Shown here piece by piece: positions 18,546 to 27,427 of a DNA stretch of 29,584 bases. Under the pieces are notes generated by a model. It worked only from the letters and a program-made list of their open reading frames with translations, ran no database searches and had not been told where the DNA came from. The position numbers and the translations under genes are program-made. Within the stretch, counting starts at the first letter, position 1. Every line of letters begins with the position of its first letter. The DNA lies in IMG/VR virus record IMGVR_UViG_2537561934_000015; one strand, 5' to 3'. Source of the DNA: a virus. Its lineage: Duplodnaviria; Heunggongvirae; Uroviricota; Caudoviricetes.

Positions 18546-21272
18546 TCAGTCTTTATCGTAAAAACTGCCACGCCCGGCACGGGCGCGCCGTTCCATTTCT
18601 GCCCTGACCATTTCGCCAACCAGTTTCGCCAGTTCGCGGGGATTCTGTGTAACAACGTTATGCAGATGAACATGAATTTCACCGCCAAATCCGGAGGCAA
18701 CAGGCTCCCGGTTACGGGAAGTTGCAGGAACTGATGCCACTGGCGATCGTATAGCCTCCGCCACCGGGCGGGAGCTGGCCGCAACAACAGGGACCAGCGC
18801 CGGAGGCAGCGGAGCCGGAACCACGGGTGTGATAGTAATTGCGGGGGCAGGCTTACTGACCTGCGCAATCTTCCGCTCCTGCCACTCCCCACGAACAGCA
18901 AGTGCGCGGGGCAGGTTCTTAAAGACAATATCGCCGGGGCCAATGAGTTTTTTCGTCTCATCAACCAGCTTACCTGTGTTATCAGCAATTTTGCTGAGTC
19001 TGCGTAGCGTACCGGTATTGTTGTCTGTGAGCGGTTTGTTGTCTCTGGGTTTATCGCCTTTTTTGTCGTCGACCTTATCTGACGGGGCCGGGCCGGGAGT
19101 CCATGGTTTCTGAACCATTTTCTTGAGAACCGGATCCCATTCCCACAATACAGGAGCCTTTGAAGCGTTCTCTATTTTCTTTCTCGCCCGCTCCGCTTCA
19201 TCCGGAAGCACTCCGAGCTTTTCAAGTATCCACGCCAGTGAATCCATCAATGCTTTTGTTGGCGTCAGGACAAGCTCTATCGCTCCACCGAGTACCCTGC
19301 CGAATACCTCGCCAGCACTGGTACATTTATCCAGCGTTTCCTTGCTGGACTCCATCGGTGACAGCAGCGATTTAAACCAGTTAAAGACCTGAATAATCCC
19401 ATCGCGCACGACATCAAAAACTGGACCGAACCGTTCAAAGGTTTCGCGCAACGGAGCCAGCCGTTCCATAATCCCACTGAACACCCCTGCATAAAACGCC
19501 TTGATGGGTTCCCAGTATTTCCAGATGAGAACCGCCGCAGCCACAAACGCAGCAGCAATCAATCCGACCGGGCTGAGCAGCGCCCCGATAGCGCCCCCCA
19601 GTAACGAAACGGAACCCGTCACCATTCCCCATAGTGCTGGCAGGAGCCTGACAGCATTCATTGATCCGGTCAGGAGGGAAAAGCCAAGACGCAGTTTTGC
19701 CAGCGGGCCAGCAAGCACACCAATAGCCAGCGACAACGAGCCAACCGTTGCAGTCATTGCCAGCAACGCACCGCCTGCTATCAGTAGCTGGCGCGTCAGT
19801 GTCGGATGGGCCTGCGCCAGCGCCGTCACCTTCGATACCACCCGCGTGAGCCACTGCGTGACAGAACGCAGCGGACCGTCAATCAGATCTGCAATGCGGA
19901 TGCGCAACCCTTCCCATGCACTGCCGAGTGATTTCAGATCGCCGTCAAGGTTGTTGGCCATAACCTTTGCCGTGCGTTCAGCCTCACCGCGTGCGCCTTC
20001 AAGTTCTTTTCTCAGTTTAGGTAAGGATCCGTCACCTGCCGCATCAACGAGGGCCATAAATGATGTGAAAGCCTCTTCTCCGGCAATGTCCTTAAAGAAC
20101 GATACCCGATCAACTTCTCCGTATTTGCGGGTGGCTTTATAAAGGTCAGTCAGCAGATCTTCCATCGGGCGCATTTTGCCCCCGGCATCCGAGACAGACA
20201 CGCCCAGCTCTTTCAGCGCCTCTGCTGCCGCCTTTGGCGGTGATGCCAGACGAGCCAGGCTGGCACGCATTGCCGTCCCGGCATCACTTCCCCTGATACC
20301 CATATTCGCCAGCACGCCCGCCATCGCTGCGGCCTGCTCCAGCGATATTCCCAGCTTACCCGCCACCGGACCTGCATATTTCATGGTTTCGCCCAGTGCG
20401 CGAAGGTCAGTGTTGGTACGGGTAAACGCTGCAGTGAGTGTGTCACCGACCCGGTCCATCTGGTCAGCAGAAAGGCCGAACTGCGTCAGGATATTTGAGC
20501 CAATATCCGCCGTCTCGCCGAGATCCATACCGCCAGCCGTTGCCATGCTCAACACGCCGGGAAGCGCAGCCTGAATGGCCTGCGGTGTGAAGCCAGCCAT
20601 TGCAAGAAATGCCTGCCCACTGGCGGCATCGCCTGCGGTGAACTGCGTTTCAGAGCCAAGTTTTAACGCCTGCTCACGCAGCGCCTTAAACTGCGGGCTG
20701 TTCTGGTCGATTCGCGTCAGCGCCTGAACGCGGGACATCTCTTTCCCGAACCCGATCGCAGGCTGCAAAAAACGCCCGGCAGCATAGCCGCCCGCCGCTG
20801 CCGCACCTGTTGCCAGTGCACCACCTGTTTTCAGTTTTCCCGCGGTTTCCTGCGCGCGCGAATACCGCTCACGCGCCCGCGTTACACGCGCAAGCGCCTG
20901 CCGTTCGCGTTCAAGCTGGTTGTTGTACTGTTCGGTGCGTCTGATGGCCTGCTGGATGGTGTTATCACTGCCTGTCAGGGAAATGCCGTGGCGTTTCAGC
21001 TCTCCGCCAAGCTCCCGCATTTTCTGAATCTCCCGTGTGCGCGATTCATTCAGGCGTTCAAGCCGGGTGCTTAACTGCTGCATCAGCTTTTGTTGTTTTT
21101 CGCTGAGCACTGTACCCGTGCGTTGTAACTGATTAAGGGCGTTAAGCTGGCGTCGCGCTTTCAATATGCCAGCATCCGCTTTACTGACAGCGTCACGGGC
21201 GCGCTCAAATGAACGCGCCTGACGCTCGAGATTTTTTGATCGCCCCCTGCGTTCGCTGGATGGAGTCACCAA
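18546..21272 (-). CDS. T: Tail tape measure protein (P2 gpT-like)
   Basis: 908-aa ORF with coiled-coil-rich N-terminal part (QLERERQALARV...), Ala/Gly-rich central segments and hydrophobic stretches, positioned after E/E'. Confidence 0.9.
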   Translation of the reverse strand: MVTPSSERRGRSKNLERQARSFERARDAVSKADAGILKARRQLNALNQLQRTGTVLSEKQQKLMQQLSTRLERLNESRTREIQKMRELGGELKRHGISLTGSDNTIQQAIRRTEQYNNQLERERQALARVTRARERYSRAQETAGKLKTGGALATGAAAAGGYAAGRFLQPAIGFGKEMSRVQALTRIDQNSPQFKALREQALKLGSETQFTAGDAASGQAFLAMAGFTPQAIQAALPGVLSMATAGGMDLGETADIGSNILTQFGLSADQMDRVGDTLTAAFTRTNTDLRALGETMKYAGPVAGKLGISLEQAAAMAGVLANMGIRGSDAGTAMRASLARLASPPKAAAEALKELGVSVSDAGGKMRPMEDLLTDLYKATRKYGEVDRVSFFKDIAGEEAFTSFMALVDAAGDGSLPKLRKELEGARGEAERTAKVMANNLDGDLKSLGSAWEGLRIRIADLIDGPLRSVTQWLTRVVSKVTALAQAHPTLTRQLLIAGGALLAMTATVGSLSLAIGVLAGPLAKLRLGFSLLTGSMNAVRLLPALWGMVTGSVSLLGGAIGALLSPVGLIAAAFVAAAVLIWKYWEPIKAFYAGVFSGIMERLAPLRETFERFGPVFDVVRDGIIQVFNWFKSLLSPMESSKETLDKCTSAGEVFGRVLGGAIELVLTPTKALMDSLAWILEKLGVLPDEAERARKKIENASKAPVLWEWDPVLKKMVQKPWTPGPAPSDKVDDKKGDKPRDNKPLTDNNTGTLRRLSKIADNTGKLVDETKKLIGPGDIVFKNLPRALAVRGEWQERKIAQVSKPAPAITITPVVPAPLPPALVPVVAASSRPVAEAIRSPVASVPATSRNREPVASGFGGEIHVHLHNVVTQNPRELAKLVGEMVRAEMERRARAGRGSFYDKD

Positions 21273-21346
21273 ACTGCCCCATCAGGCGGCGGGCGTTTTC
21301 GGCAGGCCGGGTCAGCCTGTCAACGGCGCTGAAAGCGACCCGGATA

Positions 21347-21885
21347 TCAAGAGTCTTCATTGTCTGCATTCCCGCTGCGAAGTGCCGCCCGCTCACGCCA
21401 GCTAACCACTTCGCCGGGCGTCATCATGAAGATTTCGGCGGGCGACCAGTTAAAAATGGCGGCAATATCCGCCACCAGATCTTCGATGTGCTCAAAGCAC
21501 ACCAGGGTGATTACGCTGCCGTCTCCTGCACGCTCTTCGCGCCAGAGTCTGGCTCGCTCATAAAATTTACAGCCACAGCGCACAACTGAATAAAATCGCG
21601 TGACGACATTTTTTTAATCATCACTTCATCCAGTCGTGGCGAGGTCACGCGAGGCAACAGCGTGAACATGGTATCCGCTTTCAGATTCAGCACATCAGAC
21701 AGCGACAGACCACGCAGGGATCCAGCCTGCTCAATAGCCCCGGTGATCTCCACATACGTGATTTTTTCGCCACCACGCTCAATTGGTCGGGTCAGTTTTA
21801 CGCCACGTTCGACAGCCATATCCTCACCTGCCGTCACATCATCCGCCACGGTGTTATTCCGGGTTTCAGTATTGATGTTTTTCAT
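21347..21885 (-). CDS. Tail assembly chaperone frameshift product (gpE+E'-like), made by programmed -1 frameshift near 21562-21568
   Basis: The minus strand reads GTA AAT TTT ATG in the E frame, giving the X_XXY_YYZ heptamer A_AAT_TTT. The -1 frame is open from 21613 to 21347 and overlaps the last 17 codons of E. Confidence 0.6.
21511..21885 (-). CDS. E: Tail assembly chaperone (P2 gpE-like)
   Basis: 124-aa ORF with AAGGAG ribosome-binding site, between the tube gene and T. An overlapping -1 frame continues to 21347. Confidence 0.75.
   Translation of the reverse strand: MKNINTETRNNTVADDVTAGEDMAVERGVKLTRPIERGGEKITYVEITGAIEQAGSLRGLSLSDVLNLKADTMFTLLPRVTSPRLDEVMIKKMSSRDFIQLCAVAVNFMSEPDSGAKSVQETAA
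21562..21568 (-). promoter_or_regulatory. Candidate -1 ribosomal slippery heptamer AAATTTT
   Basis: Only canonical slippery heptamer in phase with E inside the E / -1 frame overlap. An A7 run at 21609-21615 is an alternative shift site. Confidence 0.5.
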
Positions 21886-21940
21886 CAGTTGTCTCCTTTT
21901 CAGTCAGAGGCGACGCACCGCGCCGCCTGCATATTACTTA

Positions 21941-22453
21941 TCAGCCAAGCCCGAGTGCGGAACGAATGCGGTCAGGCACAATGTCCTTGCCGTCCTTCCG
22001 GTAGATGTGGTTCAACAGGTCGATTTCCCACAGCGGGCGATCGTTAACGCTCAGCTTGTAGTAGGTGTTTTTGACAGCGTAAGTGTGTGATGTGGCTTCG
22101 CCCTGCTTGGCTTCCCCCATATCAATTTCCGTCACACGCCCGCGCATCTCGATTTCATACAGATCGCTTTCTGCATCGGTGTAGTATTCACCCGCAAAAC
22201 GCAGTAGCGTGTCGTCAATCGTGCCGCCATACTTCAGGAACAGCTCACGAACTGCGCCCCCCATGACAAAGCTCGCATCAAGCGCGGAGTCGTCCAGACC
22301 GAGATCAATACTTACCGCACCCATCATGCCACCACCCCGGTAGCTGTCGGTTTTGCGCGTCAGCTTAGGCAGAGTGACGGACGTCACCTTACCCACTTCG
22401 TTTTCACCATCCACAAACAGCGTAAAAAAGCGAAGATGTTTTGGTACAGCCAT
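21941..22453 (-). CDS. FII: Tail tube protein (P2 gpFII-like)
   Basis: 170-aa ORF, gpFII size (172 aa), directly after the sheath gene. Confidence 0.85.
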   Translation of the reverse strand: MAVPKHLRFFTLFVDGENEVGKVTSVTLPKLTRKTDSYRGGGMMGAVSIDLGLDDSALDASFVMGGAVRELFLKYGGTIDDTLLRFAGEYYTDAESDLYEIEMRGRVTEIDMGEAKQGEATSHTYAVKNTYYKLSVNDRPLWEIDLLNHIYRKDGKDIVPDRIRSALGLG

Positions 22454-23637
22454 CAGGCACCTCCCAGCACCGCAAATGCGGGACCAAAGAATTCATCGGT
22501 AAACGTCTGGTAAAGCTCCATGTCTTCCAGTGGCGGAACGGGCGTATATTTGTAGCGAATACGCACACGCCCCTGACGTAAATCCGTGGTGCCGTTATCC
22601 ACCACGTCATACCAGCACGACGCCCCAATCAGTTTCCCGGCTGTCACCAGCGAATCCAGTTTTGCCCTGACGGCACTGATAACATCTTTCACGTTCGCAG
22701 GCGTCAGTGGACTGTCGATGGTTTCAAACTGCGCTTCCGCAATTGAATCAGCCAGCACCTGTGCGGTTCGGGTATACACCTCAAAGATGTAGGCGTTCGT
22801 TTCCGGTGTGCGGTTGCCCCAGAAGCGGAACCCATTGCGACGAATAATGGTCGTGATTTCTTTGTTATTGAGGCTGTTGGCATCACTGTCTTCGGCCTGC
22901 AACGACCAGAACACATGCCTGGACATTCCCAGCACATTTTTAACCGGAACGTTGGACAGCGATTTGTGCCAGCCCTGCTCATGGTCAATGTACGCACGAA
23001 GGCCGCACGCATAAGCAGGCGCGGGGAACGTTTCGTTTTCGCCACTTTTCGGGTTGTAGGCGATGAAGTCCGGCCATAAGAGCATCACTTCACGTTCGTT
23101 GAATTTCTGGCGGTAGGTAATCGCCTCAGCCATCGTGTTACTGCCGTGACATGAGGCATACACAAACGCGCGCAGCTTACCCGCAATCACGCACAGGGAT
23201 TTTGTCACCGCCTCCGTGTCCAGCTCCGGCGCGGCCAGAATACGCGGACGGTATCCGATGCTTTCATCCTGCTCTGCAACAAGCAGCGCATACATCCCCG
23301 TATAGCTGCCGTCAGATTCAGAACCACCGATAACCAGTTGATCCTGCGTCTTACCGCCTTCTTCTTTGTGTTCAGCCACGCGAACGACGATCACCTTTGT
23401 GCTCACCTGGTCTGCGATGGCCTTAAGCGCACGATAAAGCGTCCCCGTTGTCCCGCATTTTCCCAGCACGTCATTGACGCGGGTCAGCAGTGTGGGCTTG
23501 TTCAGCGGGAACAGCTCCGCATCCGCATCATCCGCCGTTGCCACGATACCGATAACGCTGGAATCAACATCATTAATCGCTGTTACCAGGTCGGTACTTT
23601 CCGTGACACGGGCACCATGAAAACGAGTTTCACTCAT
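22453..23637 (-). CDS. FI: Contractile tail sheath protein (P2 gpFI-like)
   Basis: 394-aa ORF. Motifs FPLNKP, KLRAF, YRQ.F..RE, GWHK.LSNV, RR.GFRFWGNRT, YTRTAQV and YKYTPVPPLE match recalled gpFI. Confidence 0.9.
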   Translation of the reverse strand: MSETRFHGARVTESTDLVTAINDVDSSVIGIVATADDADAELFPLNKPTLLTRVNDVLGKCGTTGTLYRALKAIADQVSTKVIVVRVAEHKEEGGKTQDQLVIGGSESDGSYTGMYALLVAEQDESIGYRPRILAAPELDTEAVTKSLCVIAGKLRAFVYASCHGSNTMAEAITYRQKFNEREVMLLWPDFIAYNPKSGENETFPAPAYACGLRAYIDHEQGWHKSLSNVPVKNVLGMSRHVFWSLQAEDSDANSLNNKEITTIIRRNGFRFWGNRTPETNAYIFEVYTRTAQVLADSIAEAQFETIDSPLTPANVKDVISAVRAKLDSLVTAGKLIGASCWYDVVDNGTTDLRQGRVRIRYKYTPVPPLEDMELYQTFTDEFFGPAFAVLGGA

Positions 23638-23793
23638 AGCTTCAGCCCCTTGTATCCGTTAAATGATTCGGCAACAATCATCACCCACCACGCGCGTAAT
23701 CTCACCCCTGCGCCGTTCTCCCGCCACGGCGACAACAAAAAGCAGTAACCCCCTCCGCACGCACATGCGACCATGCCGCACAGGGAGGGAAAG

Positions 23794-24903
23794 ATGACCG
23801 ACACCACCATGCAATTGCTCAGTCAGAGCACAGACCCCGTGAAAATGCCGGATTTTGATATTCTCGCGGAGGGGGAAACGCTGTCCGGTCGTGGCAGAGC
23901 GCCTGATGAGTCTGTCACTGACCGACAACCGGGATTTGAAGCGGTACCAGCTCACCATCACGCTGGATGATGCGGATGGTCAGTTGCAGCTACCGCCACG
24001 GGGCGCGCGCCTGACGGTTCTCATTGGCTGGAAAGGAGAACCGCTGACAGAAAAAGGCACTTACATTGTTGATGAAATCGCTCACGAAGGACCGCCGGAC
24101 AGGCTGACGGTTTCAGCCAGAAGCGCAGATTTTCGGGATGAATTTAACGTTAAACGTGAGGTGTCCTGGCATGATGTGACCGTTGAGCGCGTGGTATCCG
24201 CCATCGCTCATCGGTATGGTCTGAAACCGCAAATCAGCGAAATGCTGATGGATATCGAAATCGACCACGCCGACCAGACCGAAGAAAGCGACATGTCCTT
24301 CCTTACGCGCATGGCGGAAATGCTGGGCGCAATCACTACGGTAAAAAGCGGTAATCTGTTATTCATCATGCCAGGTGGTGGCGTGAACGCACTGGGCCAG
24401 CCGTTGCCATCGTTCGCCATCACACGCAGCAGCGGCGATCGCCATCAGTTCCGCATTGCTGACCGCGAAGCGTATACGGGGGTACGCGCTTACTGGCTTG
24501 ATCTTAATTACGGGAAAAGAAAAAAGTCAGCGTGAAACGCCGCAAACCGCCAAAACCCAAAAAGGAGAAAAGCAGCAGCCGTGAAGGTGATTATATGGAA
24601 GGCGCAGAAGGCAATGTGTTTGTGTTACGCAAGACTTATCAGAACGAGCAGGCAGCAAGACGCGCAGCGGCGGCAAAATGGCAGCAGCTACAACGCGGAG
24701 CCGCATCATTCTCCATCACGCTGGCGCGTGGACACGCAGAACTCTATCCCGAAATGCATGGCACGGTGAAAGGCTTCAAAAGTGACATCGACAATCAGGA
24801 CTGGATTATTGCAAAAGCTGAGCACACCATTGATAACAGCGGCTTTACCACGCAGCTTGAGCTTGAGGCAAAAATCCCGGAATGGATAGCAGAAACAGAG
24901 TGA
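23794..24903 (+). pseudogene. D: Tail/baseplate hub gene D (P2 gpD-like), split over three frame segments
   Basis: Frame 1 from ATG 23794 (ribosome-binding site AGGGAGGGA) reads MTDTTMQLLSQSTDPVKMPDFDILAEGETLSGR and then goes out of frame. Frame 2 (open 23843-24535) carries the central part VAERLMSLSLTDNRD...YWLDLNYGKRKK. Frame 1 again (open 24508-24903) carries the C-terminus ...EGNVFVLRKTYQ...WQQLQRGAASFS...GFKSDIDNQDWII...GFTTQLELE. The frame changes lie near 23880-23895 and 24510-24530. Confidence 0.75.
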
Positions 24904-25023
24904 GCAACTTAGACATATTAGCTCAAACTTAAACTGGCAAGTTTACAGTATAGAATTAAACATAAACGACGGTCCGCTCCGTGTCAGAAGCGGACTTTGT
25001 CATCCCTATGTAAGGTTGATTGC

Positions 25024-26046
25024 TTAATACGCATTTAATTTAAATTTGTATTTGCCTTCTATGTAATGGATAAATTCAATTATGCTTTTTTCTATCGCAT
25101 CTAATATATGAATATATCCATCCCGATTTAAGGTCCTATCCAACTCAAAGTGATGAACTATCCCATGTCTATATTGTATGATTTCAGAAATTCGATTCTC
25201 AAGAAAATCAACTGATTTTCCAATTCTTTTTTTCTTATAAAGAATCGCTCTCACATCTATATCCAGCCACTCTTTATATGCTTTGTTTAGGTGGGTTAAG
25301 TTTTGAAAAGTGTAATTTCTTGCAATAACACTTTCTATTGAAATATTTCCTTTCTCTATCTCAAGCAGAATATCAAAATCAACTTTTTGCTTATACGATG
25401 TTCTTTTTGCTATTGCGAAAGGATCGTACTTTATAAGTATTTGAAAAGCTCTAGAGAAAAAGTATTCAAACATAGCAACCGCAAAAGGTACTAATCCATT
25501 ATATATAACTCTACTGGGATCCATACATTGCATGTAATCAAAGTATTCGGATAAGCCGCCATCTTCCGGTAGGTTTAATTTAATAGAAGGTTCAGGTAAG
25601 GCATGTTTAACAGCGGAAATCTCATGATGGACATGATTAAATATTGAAGAAATGCCACGACTGATCGGACTACTAGAATCCTTCCATAGAGGAGCGTACC
25701 TATTTTTCCCATAATCACCTATAAGTGTTCCACCAAAAAGACTCCTTGCGCCTTTTAGAACATCATTAAGCATTTTTACATCATGCCAACTAGCGCTATA
25801 TAAATTACGCACATGCAATGCCCATTTATTACCAGATATGTGTAATTCGTCATTTGAAACAGGATATATATCAGCCGAAACTCCATCTGTAGATTTGAAG
25901 TCCGTATCATCAAACCAAGAGTAATTCAACGTTCCTTGGGGCCATTCCCACAAATGTTTACACCTTTTAAAACCTAAATTTTCAAGGTAATTTTTAAGTT
26001 CGTTTCTAGTTGCTTTTTTAGGGTACAGCGTTATATCTCTTCCCAT
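25024..26046 (-). CDS. Hypothetical 340-aa protein, AT-rich cargo gene inserted between D and ogr; C-terminal HEPN-like R-x4-H motif
   Basis: Long ORF with AGGTGA ribosome-binding site, visibly AT-rich against GC-rich structural genes, and on the opposite strand to its neighbours. C-terminal region ...ENRISEIIQYRHGIVHHFELD... contains R-x4-H. Confidence 0.7.
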   Translation of the reverse strand: MGRDITLYPKKATRNELKNYLENLGFKRCKHLWEWPQGTLNYSWFDDTDFKSTDGVSADIYPVSNDELHISGNKWALHVRNLYSASWHDVKMLNDVLKGARSLFGGTLIGDYGKNRYAPLWKDSSSPISRGISSIFNHVHHEISAVKHALPEPSIKLNLPEDGGLSEYFDYMQCMDPSRVIYNGLVPFAVAMFEYFFSRAFQILIKYDPFAIAKRTSYKQKVDFDILLEIEKGNISIESVIARNYTFQNLTHLNKAYKEWLDIDVRAILYKKKRIGKSVDFLENRISEIIQYRHGIVHHFELDRTLNRDGYIHILDAIEKSIIEFIHYIEGKYKFKLNAY

Positions 26047-26237
26047 GCTTTATTCACCTGATATACAATATTTTAAATTTTAACTATTATGAACGTATGA
26101 ATTTTCACATTGGATGTATGGAAGTTCAACAACTATTGAAAGTTCAATTTTCACTCTTCGCACAGAGCGAGCTGTTAGTTGGAATTAGGGATCGTACAAT
26201 CTAGAATAGCGGCAACACCACGTTAAGGGAGGTCGCT

Positions 26238-26498
26238 ATGTTCCGTTGTCCACTTTGTGGCGCATCTGCCCGTATCCGCACTAGTCGTCCGGAAAATGAT
26301 TCAAACACTGTGCGGCAAAAGTATTACCAATGTAACAACCTAGAATGCGGCGTATGCTTCTCAACACTGGAAGCTTTCCATAAATTCACATCGAAACACG
26401 CCTCCGGCGCTCACTCTTCAGAAGGTATCCCGTGGCATGAACTGCCAGCTTCACACAAAGGAAACAATCAGATGAGTTTGCCCTTACCTCAAAATTAA
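26238..26498 (+). CDS. ogr: Ogr/Delta-type zinc-finger late transcription activator
   Basis: MFRCPLCGASARIRTSR...YYQCNNLECGVCF matches recalled P2 Ogr (MFHCPLC...ARTSR...YHQCQNVNCSATF). Ribosome-binding site AAGGGAGG. Confidence 0.85.
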   Translation: MFRCPLCGASARIRTSRPENDSNTVRQKYYQCNNLECGVCFSTLEAFHKFTSKHASGAHSSEGIPWHELPASHKGNNQMSLPLPQN

Positions 26499-26588
26499 CA
26501 GGCAGAATTGCCGGAGTAACAAAAAAGAGATAGATTACGCGCGGGTGCCTTTCGGCTGATGGTCGGAGGGAATACCTGAAGGCCAGAT

Positions 26589-26822
26589 GTGGAAAGGCCC
26601 CGGAAAACATTTCTGTTTAACCGAGGCCCTAACCGCATTACCTTGACAAGTGAAAGGTTAGCGCCTCTCCGGAAAAGGAGCAAGTGCTATGTCGCAAAAA
26701 TCGCTTACGGCTATCACGTTCTGCGTGACGGTAATCCTCATCATCTGGATGTTGCACGGTTCGCTGTGCGAAATACGGATGAGTTTCTGGGGAGCGGAGT
26801 TTGCGGCGTTCTTACAGTGTAA
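26589..26822 (+). CDS. mok-like overlapping leader ORF of the hok-type locus
   Basis: 77-aa ORF in a different frame, starting upstream of the hok-like ORF and overlapping almost all of it, as in hok/mok loci. Confidence 0.4.
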   Translation: MERPRKTFLFNRGPNRITLTSERLAPLRKRSKCYVAKIAYGYHVLRDGNPHHLDVARFAVRNTDEFLGSGVCGVLTV

Positions 26823-26829
26823 GCAGTAA
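26689..26829 (+). CDS. Hok/Gef-family type I toxin (46 aa)
   Basis: ATG 26689 with AAAGGAG at 26674-26680. Product MSQKSLTAITFCVTVILIIWMLHGSLCEIRMSFWGAEFAAFLQCKQ has the Hok TM helix plus SLCEIR and AAF motifs (compare Hok ...[24 protein letters not shown]). Confidence 0.7.
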   Translation: MSQKSLTAITFCVTVILIIWMLHGSLCEIRMSFWGAEFAAFLQCKQ

Positions 26830-26838
26830 GGAAACCGC

Positions 26839-26860
26839 GACGGGGGAGTAATCCCCCGTC
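26839..26860 (+). terminator. 3' stem-loop after the hok-like ORF
   Basis: GACGGGGGA-GTAA-TCCCCCGTC, 10 nt after the stop, with no clear T-run. Confidence 0.4.
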
Positions 26861-27090
26861 AATCGGTTGCCAGGGTAAGGTCGATAAGGCACCCTATCTC
26901 ACGGCTCTAAATGCAAAAATTCCATGAAACTGTGGGATTTTTGCATCACTACTGATACAGATCTGCCCTTCTATATGTCTCACTCTATACCAGCTAATCA
27001 ATTGACACTTATCAATAAAAAAAAATCTGATAAAATCAAAATGTTTTGTAACAAATATCAACTCGTATTGATCCAAAGGAGGCGGATTAC

Positions 27091-27423
27091 ATGGCATTAA
27101 TCAAATGTCCTGAATGCCAGAAAGAGGTGAGCGATTCAGCATTGTATTGCCCTGCTTGCGGTAAACAAATAAAAAAACTTAAGCGTTCATTTTTTGGAAA
27201 GCTCATTAAGTGGATATTTATATTATTTAATATTTTTATGATCTATACGCTTTTAGTTGGACTGGGAGGCACTAGTGAAATAATAAATAATGCTACATCC
27301 GATGCCGAAAAAGCCGGTGCAGTTATTGGTACAGGCTTAGGTTTAATTACCATTGGAAGTTTATGGGTTATTGGCGATATCATTATCGGAATTTTAGTAT
27401 TTCTTACTAAACCAAAAGGATAA
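27091..27423 (+). CDS. Zinc-ribbon membrane protein (110 aa)
   Basis: CPEC...CPAC zinc ribbon at the N-terminus, then two hydrophobic helices. Ribosome-binding site AGGAGG. AT-rich. Confidence 0.6.
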   Translation: MALIKCPECQKEVSDSALYCPACGKQIKKLKRSFFGKLIKWIFILFNIFMIYTLLVGLGGTSEIINNATSDAEKAGAVIGTGLGLITIGSLWVIGDIIIGILVFLTKPKG

Positions 27424-27427
27424 CAAA

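Noticed and set aside
18530-20574. Several 90-210 aa ORFs on both strands inside the tape measure gene
   Set aside because: All are embedded in the 908-aa T ORF, are Ala/Ser/Pro-rich and lack start signals. Shadow frames of a GC-rich gene.
26500-26690. Possible tRNA or P2-type attachment core downstream of ogr
   Set aside because: I found neither a cloverleaf-compatible tRNA-like sequence nor the P2 core att sequence as I recall it. The region is better explained as the hok/mok leader. Not excluded without a proper tRNA scan.
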